DNA from: a virus
Lineage: Duplodnaviria; Caudoviricetes
Length of the DNA: 53,802 nt
IMG/VR virus record: IMGVR_UViG_3300034072_000696
Span: 1-53,802 of that record
Strand: one strand, 5' to 3'
This document shows positions 9,694 to 19,600 of the stretch, piece after piece (the first letter of the stretch is position 1; the number at the start of each line of letters is the position of its first letter). Under the pieces are notes generated by a model. That model was not told the origin of the DNA. It saw nothing but the letters and a program-made list of their open reading frames with translations, and did no database searches. Position numbers and translations under genes: made by a program.

Positions 9694-10093
9694 GAGCCTC
9701 GCCGCCGTAGCGGCTGTGATCGCTATCGCCCTCCTGGGTTACGGGAAGGGATACCACGACGCCAAACAAGCTGTCCAGGTGGCGGAAGGCAAGAAGCTGA
9801 CTGCGCAAGTGGCGGCGAACAAGAAACTACAGGAGACGCTCGATGATGAAACTCAAGCTGCTGCGGATCGTGAGCGGGCGCTGCGCATGGACCTTGCCGA
9901 TTCTGTTGAGCGCCTGCGCAAGCGGCCCGACCGTCTACCCGCCGAAAGCCGCGCTCACTGCCAGGGTGCCACTGGAGCAGAACTCAGTGCAGAGGATGGA
10001 ATCTTTCTTAGAGGGGAAGCTACCTCCGCCGCGATCTGCTGGTCAGAACTCGGACGGTGCTACCGCTTCGCGGACCGAGTAGAGGGTAAGTAA
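9686..10093 (+). CDS. Rz-like i-spanin
   Basis: N-terminal TM followed by coiled coil, downstream of endolysin. Confidence 0.75.
   Translation: MGKSLAAVAAVIAIALLGYGKGYHDAKQAVQVAEGKKLTAQVAANKKLQETLDDETQAAADRERALRMDLADSVERLRKRPDRLPAESRAHCQGATGAELSAEDGIFLRGEATSAAICWSELGRCYRFADRVEGK
9843..10082 (+). CDS. Rz1-like o-spanin embedded in Rz (+1 frame)
   Basis: AGGAG RBS at 9831, lipobox LSAC, Pro-rich mature region. Confidence 0.7.
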   Translation: MMKLKLLRIVSGRCAWTLPILLSACASGPTVYPPKAALTARVPLEQNSVQRMESFLEGKLPPPRSAGQNSDGATASRTE

Positions 10094-12078
10094 TGGGCGC
10101 CATTCGCATTGCCAACTTCGGGGGTGAAATCCCCCGTATGGACCGCCGCGCGCTGCCGGACACGAACGCGCAGATTTGTCGCGGGTCGCAGTTGGCGGAT
10201 GGCGCGCTCACCCCGCAGAAGACGCCGTTGCGCGTTGAGCTGGTGGGGCCGTCGCGCAGCGTGTTTCGCTTGTATGACAGCGGGGGGGACTACTGGCTCC
10301 GGTTTTCGCAGGATGTGGACGTCTGTCGCGGCCCGATTGCTGGTGACACGAGCTTCCGCGTACTGTACTCGTCCGCCGAGTTCGAGCCGCGACAGACCAA
10401 CCTCGCGCTGGCTAAGTCGGCGTCGCCGTTCCCCGGCGCGTGTTTCGTCCTGGGCGTTACGCCACCGGCGGCGAAGCCTACTTACTCGGTGTTCGGCGGC
10501 AGCGGGACCAATGAGTCCCGCGCATATGTCTACACCCTCGTCACCCAATGGGGCGAGGAGTCTTCGCCGTCCCCCGCGGGCGACATCGTCACTGGCTTCG
10601 CCAACGGCACGTGGAACCTGGACCTACCAAGCGGCCCGCCGCCCAATACGGGCGCTATCACGGGGGTCACGACTACCGCGACTACGGTGACAGTGGAAAC
10701 TGACTCGGTTTACGGGCTCCGTGTGGGCGAGCGGATTGCGTTCGCCGGCGTGCTCGGCATGACCGACCTCAACGCGGAATTCGCCATTCAGGCGATCGAC
10801 ACCGCGGCGAAGAAGATCACGGTCGCACTGGCGACGGAGCAAACCTATGTCGTCGGTGGGGCGTGGGCGCGCAAGGCCCCGCACAACACGACGGGCATGA
10901 AGAAGCGGATTTATCGCTCCATCACCACGGGCACGTCCGCCGAGTATTTCTTCATCGGCGAAGTCGACGTGACCACGGCGACGTTCGCGGACAACGTAAC
11001 CATCATCGGCGAGCCATGCCCGACCGTTGGATGGGCGATGCCGCCGGTCGGCATGCAGGGGATCGGGATTCTGCCGTCTGGAGCCGCGTATGGCTTCGTC
11101 GACAACGAGGTGTGCTTCTCGGAGCCGGGCGCCGTGTATGCGTGGCCCGTCCAGTACCGCATGACGTGCGCGAGCCCGGTCGTGGCGGTCAAGGACTTCG
11201 GGCAGTCGCTGGTCGTCGGCACCAAGGGTAGCCCCGAGATCATCTCCGGTATCGACCCCGCGGTAATGACCAAGTACAAGTTCCCCGTCGCGTGGCCGTG
11301 CGCCTCAAAGCGGTCGATGGTGAGTGTGCTGGACGGCGTGGTGTACGCGTCGCCCTTCGGCTTGGTCCTGGTCGACAACGCCGGCCCGCGCATGGCTGCA
11401 GACGCATGGTTTGACTCGTCCGCATGGCGTCGCCGCGTAGATTCCAACAACCTGCTGGCGGTCGAGTACAACGGCAAGTACGTGAGCCGGGTAGGGGAAA
11501 CCCTGATGTTCTTCGGCGAAGGTAAGCTGGTGTTTTTCAGCATGCCGGAAGTGACCGCGCTCTACACCGACCAGGCCAACGGCAAGCTCTATGTCGTCTC
11601 AGACGGCGAGCTGGTGGAGTGGGCGGCAGGCTCTGCGCGGTACGCGCTCGACTGGAAAAGCAAGGAGATCGTCTCTCCGCGCCCGTTGAGCCTCGGCGCC
11701 GCCAAGGTGGACGCTGACTTCACCGCCACGCCGGAGGAAACCGCGGCCTTGGCTGCAGCGCGCCAAGCCGTCATCGACGAGAACCTGGCGCTGATCGCTA
11801 CGGGCGACATCAAGGGCGGCATGGGCATGCTCCCGATGGGGAAGGCTGTGCTCAATGGGTCGCTGTTGAAGGCCCCGCCGCCGGCGTCGTACGACCAACT
11901 GGCGCTGATCCTGTACGTCAACAACGACGCGGTGTACTCCGTGCCGATCACGGACAGCCGTGCGGTGCGCCTCCCGGCCATCGGCAAGTACGACAACTTC
12001 GCGCTGCGCATCACGGGTAACGTGAAGGTTTGGGCGGTCCTGGTCGCTGATACGAAGGATGGACTCAAGGATGCGTAA
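10093..12078 (+). CDS. Tail nozzle / tubular protein B-like
   Basis: 661 aa, N-terminal FGGEIPR, FSEP...AWP, YASP.GLV, WKSK motifs of podoviral nozzle proteins. Confidence 0.75.
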   Translation: MGAIRIANFGGEIPRMDRRALPDTNAQICRGSQLADGALTPQKTPLRVELVGPSRSVFRLYDSGGDYWLRFSQDVDVCRGPIAGDTSFRVLYSSAEFEPRQTNLALAKSASPFPGACFVLGVTPPAAKPTYSVFGGSGTNESRAYVYTLVTQWGEESSPSPAGDIVTGFANGTWNLDLPSGPPPNTGAITGVTTTATTVTVETDSVYGLRVGERIAFAGVLGMTDLNAEFAIQAIDTAAKKITVALATEQTYVVGGAWARKAPHNTTGMKKRIYRSITTGTSAEYFFIGEVDVTTATFADNVTIIGEPCPTVGWAMPPVGMQGIGILPSGAAYGFVDNEVCFSEPGAVYAWPVQYRMTCASPVVAVKDFGQSLVVGTKGSPEIISGIDPAVMTKYKFPVAWPCASKRSMVSVLDGVVYASPFGLVLVDNAGPRMAADAWFDSSAWRRRVDSNNLLAVEYNGKYVSRVGETLMFFGEGKLVFFSMPEVTALYTDQANGKLYVVSDGELVEWAAGSARYALDWKSKEIVSPRPLSLGAAKVDADFTATPEETAALAAARQAVIDENLALIATGDIKGGMGMLPMGKAVLNGSLLKAPPPASYDQLALILYVNNDAVYSVPITDSRAVRLPAIGKYDNFALRITGNVKVWAVLVADTKDGLKDA

Positions 12079-12256
12079 ACCGACGATCGTGGTGGTGACT
12101 CGAGACCCGACGCTCCGGCCGACGCTTGACGCCATCAAGGAAAACATCGAAATCCTTACGGGGCAGCGCAGGAACGGGATCAAGCCGCTGCCCGCAACCG
12201 CTTCACTGGCGGATGTGATCGCAAAGGTGAATCAGATTATTGACAGGCTAGACTGA
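12071..12256 (+). CDS. Small hypothetical tail-module protein
   Basis: 61 aa, KENIEILTGQR motif, overlaps nozzle gene stop. Confidence 0.65.
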   Translation: MRKPTIVVVTRDPTLRPTLDAIKENIEILTGQRRNGIKPLPATASLADVIAKVNQIIDRLD

Positions 12257-12281
12257 GCCGTGTATATGCTTACGTGTAACC
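12240..12281 (+). promoter_or_regulatory. Internal sigma70-like promoter plus operator upstream of GNAT/ejection genes
   Basis: TTGACA 12240-12245, 17-nt spacer, TATATG 12263-12268, GCTTACGTGTAACC 12268-12281. Confidence 0.7.
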
Positions 12282-12296
12282 ACGTAAGCGGCGAAC

Positions 12297-12923
12297 ATGA
12301 CCGAAATCCAAGCGATTCTGCGTAGCGTTCTGGCGATGAATCAGGGAAGCCGCCTGACGCCGGAACTCGCGCTCGGAATCGAGCAAAGCATCGTCACCCA
12401 GGTGAGCGCGCTTCGCAGTCAGGACAAGGCAATCGCGCTGCGCGGGTTCGTCCCCGAGCAGTATCAGGACGTGGTCTTCGCCGTGGAGCGCATGGAAAAC
12501 CTCGTCGACGAGATCGAGCCGCTGCACCACGCGCACTGGCAAGAGTCGGAATCCGCGCGCCATGAGCTGCCGTACAACCCGAACTACGAGGGTTGGGTGC
12601 AGCACGAGCGCGCAGGTTCCTTCATGGTGTTCACCGTCCGTAACGCCACGGGCGCGCTCAAGGGCTACATGCAGATGTATGTCGGGCGCTCGAACCATAC
12701 CGGCGTCCTTCTGAGCAACGAAGACGCACTGTTCCTGGACCCTGAGGTTCGTAAGGGCTTCGTCTGCCGCCGGTTCGCTGCGTACGCCGAAAAGTGCATG
12801 CGCGAGCTTGGCGTGCGGGAAATCCGTCTGTCGGTGAAGAACACCAACGGCGTGTGGAAGGTGTGGACCCGCATGGGGTTCGCCGCCACGGGCGTGGAAC
12901 TCATCAAGATTCTGGAGGATTGA
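12297..12923 (+). CDS. GNAT-family acetyltransferase-like protein
   Basis: DALFLDPEVRKG (motif A), VWTRMGF (motif B). Confidence 0.75.
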   Translation: MTEIQAILRSVLAMNQGSRLTPELALGIEQSIVTQVSALRSQDKAIALRGFVPEQYQDVVFAVERMENLVDEIEPLHHAHWQESESARHELPYNPNYEGWVQHERAGSFMVFTVRNATGALKGYMQMYVGRSNHTGVLLSNEDALFLDPEVRKGFVCRRFAAYAEKCMRELGVREIRLSVKNTNGVWKVWTRMGFAATGVELIKILED

Positions 12924-12924
12924 T

Positions 12925-13833
12925 ATGTGTTCAAGCGGTAGCAGCGCGCCGGCGCCGGACCCTAACATTGGCATCGCCGCGCTCAAGAACTCGAAGATCG
13001 CGGAAGACACGCTGAACTGGTACAAGAAGATGTACGAGGAGAATCTGCCGCGTCAAGCCGCGGCGGATGACATGGCGCAGAAGCTCTACAAGCAGCAGTT
13101 CGACATGGCCGAGCACAACAAGGGCCGCGCCGACCAGCAGTGGAATTACTGGCAGGATACGTACCAGCCGGTCGAACGCCAGACGGTCATGGACTCGATG
13201 GGCTCCCGTTACCTGGGCGACAGCGACCGCGCGCTCCTGGCCTCGATTGTGTCTGGCACGAGCAACTTGGGCGGCGACGCGCTGACGTCCGAAATGGACC
13301 GCATCTCCCGCGCTGCAGCCGAGGGCGCCGCTACTCAGGCGGTTACCAGCTCGCAGGCGCTTGCGAACAGCTCCTACGCACAGCAGGCGCGCAACCTGTC
13401 CCGTTCGGGTATGGACCCGTCGCGCATGGCAGCCGCGGCTGCCGGCCTGGCGCAGAACCAGACCCTCACCAACGTGACCGCCGCGAACATGGCGCGTCAG
13501 GGCGTGTCGGATCAGCAGGCGGGTCTCCGTACCGGCGTGGCGAACTTCGGTCGCAACATGCCGAACACCGCTGGCCAAGCCTTCGGCCTCGCTACCCAAG
13601 CGGGTAACAGCGCGGGCCAGAACGGCATGATCGGCAACAACTACAACGCCGCGCAGAACGCGATGGTCGGGCAGGGCTTTGCGTCCGCCGCCAACACGAA
13701 CGCGTCGGTGATGTCGGGTCTGAATCAGCAATACGGCACCCAGGTCTCCGCGTGGGGCCAGCAGCAACAGGCTCAAAGCCAGGGCGCAGCAGGCTTGGGT
13801 TCGCTGGTTGGTATGGCGGCGATTGCGATTTGA
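12925..13833 (+). CDS. Internal virion (DNA ejection) protein
   Basis: MC..SAPAPDP start, A/G/Q/N-rich, Gly-rich hydrophobic C-terminus. Confidence 0.7.
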   Translation: MCSSGSSAPAPDPNIGIAALKNSKIAEDTLNWYKKMYEENLPRQAAADDMAQKLYKQQFDMAEHNKGRADQQWNYWQDTYQPVERQTVMDSMGSRYLGDSDRALLASIVSGTSNLGGDALTSEMDRISRAAAEGAATQAVTSSQALANSSYAQQARNLSRSGMDPSRMAAAAAGLAQNQTLTNVTAANMARQGVSDQQAGLRTGVANFGRNMPNTAGQAFGLATQAGNSAGQNGMIGNNYNAAQNAMVGQGFASAANTNASVMSGLNQQYGTQVSAWGQQQQAQSQGAAGLGSLVGMAAIAI

Positions 13834-15215
13834 GCGCGAACCGTCTCCACTCTCTTGGCGTTGAGCTTCTGGAGTCCCACGTTGTCGGTGGTACTGCGGA
13901 GGCTCAAGCCGCGTACTTTCTCAGCAAGCTCGACTTGCCGGAGGGGGCGCACGTCGTCGACATGGGTTGCGGCTCCGGCCGCTTCGCAAAGGTTCTGAGC
14001 GAGTTGTCCCCTCTGGAGCGGTGCTCCTTGGTCGCCCCCGATGCCGGGGAAATCCTGGTTGACGGGGCGGTTTTTTCCAAGGTGCAGGCCGACTATCACG
14101 AGACGGGGCTGCCGAGCGGCACGGCTGACGCTGTGCTGTTCATGTACTCGTTCCTGTACTCGCGCCCGAACAAGGCGCTGGCCGAGGCCCGCCGTCTACT
14201 CAAGCCGAACGGCAAGCTGCTCCTGTGGGAGCCGCTGGACGCGCCGAAGGCGTACGAGGAGCTGTTCCCGGGCAACCGCGCCATGACGCGCGAATTCGTC
14301 CTGGCCGAACTCAAGGCCGCCGGCTTCGTTGTTCGCGAGGTGGAGACGCCCGAGGCTGATAGCACTGCGGCGCAGAAGGCGCTCGCCGAACTCAGCGAAA
14401 GCTGGGTATTCGACGCGACGTTTGCCAAGGCGACCCCCACGCTGATCGTGGCGGAACGCGGCGCCCGTGACGACGCCGTCAACCACTCCTGGATCGCACA
14501 AGCGTTCGCGCGCCACCCGCGTGTCGCGTTCGAGTTTTCTGGCGGCCGTGACTCTCTGGCTGCTCTGTATCTGTTGCGCCCGTACTGGGGCCGCATGACG
14601 GTCTATCACACGGACACCGGCGACCAGTTCCCGGAGACCCAAGAGGTCGTGAGCCGAGTCGAGGCCATCGTGCCGCGCTTCGTGCGCATCAAGGGCCGCC
14701 TGCAGGAGTCGATCGAGCAGTTCGGGCTCCCGACGGACCTGTCGCCCGCAGGGGCGAACTCGGGTATGGGGGCGTGGCACTACGGCTCCCCGCGCCTGCA
14801 GGATCGCTACGACTGCTGCTACCGCAGCCTCATGGCGCCGATGCACGAGCGGGTCACTGCGGACGGCTGCACCCTGGTCATTCGCGGCCAGCGTGACACG
14901 GACTACAAGCTGCCGCCGATGCGGTCGGGTGAGTCGTTCGGCGTCGAGGTGCTGTACCCGATTGAGCGGTGGAACGACGACGACGTGCTGGGGTATCTGC
15001 AGGAGGTGGGGGTAGCTCCGGCCCGCTTCTACGAGCACGGCCTGGAGACGTCGCCGGAATGTATGCGCTGCAGCGCGTGGTGGGATGACAAGCGCGCGGC
15101 CTACATGAAGCAGTTCCACCCGGAAGCACACAAGGAATACGTGGCGCGACTCGTCTTCGTACGGAACGCCATCATGCCGCACCTGGCGGCGCTGGACACT
15201 GAGCTGGAGGGCTGA
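13830..15215 (+). CDS. Fusion of class I SAM methyltransferase and PAPS-reductase-family (PP-loop, Cys-rich) domain
   Basis: VVDMGCGSG; FSGGRDS, DTGDQFPET, DCC, RGQR..D, YPI..W, CMRC; TTG start overlapping upstream TGA. Confidence 0.85.
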   Translation: MSANRLHSLGVELLESHVVGGTAEAQAAYFLSKLDLPEGAHVVDMGCGSGRFAKVLSELSPLERCSLVAPDAGEILVDGAVFSKVQADYHETGLPSGTADAVLFMYSFLYSRPNKALAEARRLLKPNGKLLLWEPLDAPKAYEELFPGNRAMTREFVLAELKAAGFVVREVETPEADSTAAQKALAELSESWVFDATFAKATPTLIVAERGARDDAVNHSWIAQAFARHPRVAFEFSGGRDSLAALYLLRPYWGRMTVYHTDTGDQFPETQEVVSRVEAIVPRFVRIKGRLQESIEQFGLPTDLSPAGANSGMGAWHYGSPRLQDRYDCCYRSLMAPMHERVTADGCTLVIRGQRDTDYKLPPMRSGESFGVEVLYPIERWNDDDVLGYLQEVGVAPARFYEHGLETSPECMRCSAWWDDKRAAYMKQFHPEAHKEYVARLVFVRNAIMPHLAALDTELEG

Positions 15216-15217
15216 TT

Positions 15218-16678
15218 ATGAAATTGGGCGCATTCGCGGGCGGGCTGGCCGGCGGCATTGGCATGGGGATGAAGCTGCGCTCCCACATGGACGCGCAGGC
15301 GCAGCGGGACGACATCAAGGCGATCAACGCCACGCAGCCGACCGAGTTCTCTGGCCCGGACCAGTTCTCCACCGATCAGCAGGCGCAGATGCAGGGCCTG
15401 CAGGATAGCGGCCAAGGCTACTACGACGAGGAAGCCGGCTGGGTGGGTAACGACGGCGCACCGATCCAAGGTCTGCAGGCACCCACGCAGGCGGCCAAGA
15501 AGTCATACGCGATGGGCGACCACGTCCAGGATAAGGCATTCACCGACAATCAGGTCCGCGACTGGAAGAACAACGCCATCGCGCGCCGCGTCATGCAGGA
15601 CGACCCCACGGCGGGTATGAGCATGCTTCGCAGCCAGCAGGGCCTGCAGGCCGGCGACCTGGCGATCGCTGATGCGGAACGCACGGCGGGTAAGAACCGC
15701 GAGATCGACGCGCTGACCGCCGAGTACCAAGAGGCGATGCGCAACCCCGAGGCTGCAGTCGCGTTCATGCGCGCAGGCGCAGGGTTCGTCACGTCGGCAA
15801 AGGACAAGGACGGCAAGCACCGTTTCGACGAGTCGCTCGGCATCGACGACGAGGGCAACTGGACGGTGATCGGCAAGGATGGCAAGGTCCAGAAGTACGA
15901 CTTCCCGACCGGCTTCAACAAGATCGGGCAGCTCGTGGGTATGAACCCCGTGCAGTACATCTACGAGCAGCGCCTGGGTGCCGTAAGCCCTGACCACTAC
16001 AAGAATGTCGTCGGCTTCGCGGATAAGCGCGAGGACAACGCCCGCATGGACCGCCAGCTCGACGAGATGACCAAGTACCGCCAGGGCATGCTCGACGTAA
16101 ACCGCGTCCGTGCGGCACGTGGCGCGGGTGGTGCTGGTGGCGGTCTCGGCAAGCTGGCCCCCAAGGATCGGTTCATGCTCAGTCGCGACGACGCCACGAT
16201 CAAGTCGATCAACACCCAACTCAATAAGCTCGACCTGGAAGACCCGGCTCAAGCCCAGCGCGCCGAAGCACTCCAGCGCCAGCTCCTGATTACTCAGGGG
16301 CAGCAGTACGACCGTCTGAGTGGGCTCGGCATGATCCCCGAGGGCGTGAGCCGCGCGGACTTCATCGACCCGGCGGGTAGCGTCCAGACGTTCCAAGAGG
16401 GCGCGCGCAAGGTCATCCAGTACGCCAAGACCCCGGAGCACTTCCAGCAGGCGCTGCAGATGTTCCGTGAGGACGCCGAGGTCACTCGCGCTGTTTACGG
16501 CGACGAGGGCTATGAGGAAGTGCTGGCGGGCCTGCAGGACTACTACAGCCGGAAGTGGTCGCAACCGCGTCAGGCGGATATTGACCGCAACGCCGCGCGC
16601 AAGTCGGATGGTCTCCAGCGCCGTGAAGGCGCGCGCGACGCACGCTTGGCCCCGCAAACCCCGTGGCTCTCCCGTTAA
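15218..16678 (+). CDS. Internal virion (DNA ejection) protein
   Basis: N-terminal GAFAGGLAGG motif, helical Q/A/D-rich; position. Confidence 0.7.
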   Translation: MKLGAFAGGLAGGIGMGMKLRSHMDAQAQRDDIKAINATQPTEFSGPDQFSTDQQAQMQGLQDSGQGYYDEEAGWVGNDGAPIQGLQAPTQAAKKSYAMGDHVQDKAFTDNQVRDWKNNAIARRVMQDDPTAGMSMLRSQQGLQAGDLAIADAERTAGKNREIDALTAEYQEAMRNPEAAVAFMRAGAGFVTSAKDKDGKHRFDESLGIDDEGNWTVIGKDGKVQKYDFPTGFNKIGQLVGMNPVQYIYEQRLGAVSPDHYKNVVGFADKREDNARMDRQLDEMTKYRQGMLDVNRVRAARGAGGAGGGLGKLAPKDRFMLSRDDATIKSINTQLNKLDLEDPAQAQRAEALQRQLLITQGQQYDRLSGLGMIPEGVSRADFIDPAGSVQTFQEGARKVIQYAKTPEHFQQALQMFREDAEVTRAVYGDEGYEEVLAGLQDYYSRKWSQPRQADIDRNAARKSDGLQRREGARDARLAPQTPWLSR

Positions 16679-16687
16679 GGATCATTG

Positions 16688-19600
16688 ATGCGCTCTCGGC
16701 TCGACCAGCTACTCGCCAACGATAACGGCCAGGATCAACTGAACGATCCTGGCTTTGTCACCTCCGTCAAGCGCGGTATCGGCTCCACGATCACCGGCTT
16801 TGGGGAAATGGCGGGCGATATTACCGGCGACTACAACAACTCCATCCGCCAGTACGGCGAGGAGATGGTAGCGCGTAACCCCGCGGGGATTGTTTCGACG
16901 CAGGACATCGGCAGCAGCCCGTGGTTGGCCGTGAAGGAAGCCGCGGGTAGCTCCGTGGCGCCGCTACTCTCCGTCGGTCTGACGCGCGGTGCGGGCCGTG
17001 TCGCCGGCGGCCTTGGTGCGGGTCGTACCGCTGCTGCGCTCCGTAACCCTATCACTGCCGCCGAAGTCGCGGGTCTGCCGTCGTACGGCGAAATCGGTGA
17101 AGCACAGCGCGAGACCGGGACCGAGAACTGGGCATTGAAGCAGGGCGGCGCGTTGGCCGTCGGCGCGATCGAAAACCTCGGCGGTGTGCAGCGTGCACTG
17201 GGCTGGGGTGGCGGACGCGGTATGACGGAAGCCGCAGCACGAGAATTCATGGCCTCGCCGGGCCGTTCGTTCGGTAAGGCGTGGTTGAAGATGGGCGCCC
17301 AGGAAGCGGGCGAAGAAATGCTCCAGACGCCCATTGAGCGGGGTGCTGGCGGTCGTGATGCGTTCGACCAAGAGGGTATGGACCAGATCGGCTTCGGTGG
17401 TGCTATGGGCGCCATCGGCGGCTTGGCATTGGGTCCGCTGGGCGCTGCCGTGCAACGCAGCGGCGCACGTAACCACATCGAGCGAATTGACGCCGCACGC
17501 GCCACGCTGGCCGATTACAACGCGCCCTATGAGGATCGGCTGGACGCCGGCCAGTTCCTGACCCGTGTCATGGCGAACGACGTCAACGACGCGCAGGCGC
17601 AAGCCTGGTGGGGCGGCTACAACGAGGCGCTTGTTCAAGACCGCGACGTGCACGCCGCGAATGCTGCGATGGAAGCACGCCGCGCAGCCGTCGAGCAAGA
17701 GCTGCAGGCGGTCCACGACGAGCTGTTGAAGGCTGACTTCAATGCTTACCTGCGGGAGCAGTTGGGTGACCGTGGTGCATCCACGGACCTCCTCGACGCG
17801 ATCAACAAGACCACCGGCGTAACCAACATGCGGGAGCGCCTGCCGCTGTTCTACGGGCGGGACATCCCCGAGGTGGGCGGCGTGCAACCGACCAACCGTA
17901 TGACCCAGCCGGGCCAGGAGCGCGCCCAGTGGTGGCAGCAGCAGGGCGAAGGCGATCTGACCTCCCGCGGCCCGGGCTACGGCGACTGGTGGAACACGCA
18001 AGACACCACCCCGTATGAGGCGCGCGCAGCCGCGCAGCCGGGGGCGACCCGCGATCTGTTCTCGAACGAATGGCGAGCACCGGCGCAACCGGAAGCCCAA
18101 GTGGAGCAGGACGCCACGATGCGCCCGAACCGACGCCAAATGGCGCTGGACCTCGACGCCGAACGCCCGCCGATCTACATGGGCGCCACGGGGGCGGGCT
18201 TCTCCCAGCTCCCGATCACCGACGACATCCGCCCGGCTGCGAACATGGAATCCAGCCCGATGGTCGCCGCAGCTCGTGCGTTCCGCCAGCAGGGCGGCTC
18301 CAAGCGCGTATGGGACAACTTCCAGGCTCGTGTCGCTGATCTGGCGACCAACCCGGTCGAATTGGCTCGTGCGCTGCAGGCGCGTGAAGCCACAGCAGGT
18401 CAGGGCAAGGACACGTCTCACCCGAAGGCATGGCAAGCCGCCATCGCCGCGCTCAACATCCAAGGAGATCAGAATGGCAAAGGCATCGTTCAAGGCGCAG
18501 TCGGTACGAACCAGGACGGATACGCGAACTCCCAACAGCGTGACCAATCCCAAGACCTCGCCCAACGGGGTGGGAACCAAGTACAAGGGGATGCTGGAAA
18601 CCGATACGGCCAAGAAGTTGCGCGGCAAGAAGTAGATGCGCGGGCTCTAGTCGCCGCGGTCAAGGGCGACAGCAAAGAGGCGCAGCTTCTCCGTAAGGTG
18701 CTTGGCGTCGACGCGAACCTGGAAGTCGTGGGTAACCCGATGCCGTACAGTGAAGCGGGGCGCCTGTTTGGTTACGGCGGTGGCGGCAAGGACTCGCGCC
18801 AAGGTGCAGCAGCGGCACTGAACCGCATCCTCAAGCCCGTGCGCAAGCAAGGCGAGCCGCTGGCCAAGGTGCTCGACCGCATCGTCGCGCGCCTGCACGA
18901 CGTGGATATTACGACCGGCAGTTTCTCGCAGCTTGCGGGTGAGGGCGGTATCAGCGTACATCAGCGCGGGGAGACGGACAAGCGCACCCTGGCCGGCTGG
19001 GGTTCCAGCGTCGACTCCGAAACGCTTGCAGCGCAAAAAAGCGAGGAACCGGATGCGGACCTGCGCCATGTGGAGCGCACCACGGGCGCGATGCTCGAAG
19101 ACCGCGTAGTTGAGTATGAGGGCGATGGCGGCCAGGTCGAAGTTGAAGTCATCGACCAAGGCACCGCTGAGTTCAACGATGGCGCGGGACAATTCGACGA
19201 AGACTCGCACCTAAGCCGCCCCGCCGCGGAAGAAGACGCCACGGAGATGGCTGACGTCGAACTCGACGCCCGCTGGGTGGATTACAATGGCAACCCGATC
19301 AAGCAGGTCGACATCGACGACGCGCTCGAAGACTGGGAAGACCGCGACGGCACCACGCTACCGAAGCAGTTCCATCTGCAGTGGACGAAGGCGTGGGTGA
19401 ATTATCACAGCGGTGCGTTTGACGACCGCGTATTCCAGGAGATTTACCGTGGACTCACAACGCAAGTCGACACCGTCAACGCCCGAGAAAGCGGCGATTC
19501 GTCAGCAGCACCGGCAGGAGAGCCGGCGCGCGGCAACGAAGCTGCCGGAGCATATCAAGGGCTCCCCGAAGCTGGAGAAGATGTGGGCAGCGGGCGAGAC

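Noticed and set aside
13830-15215. Auxiliary metabolic cysH for sulfate assimilation, or a complete Dnd system
   Set aside because: Lacks C-terminal ECG(L/I)H and no other cys/dnd/ssp genes are present
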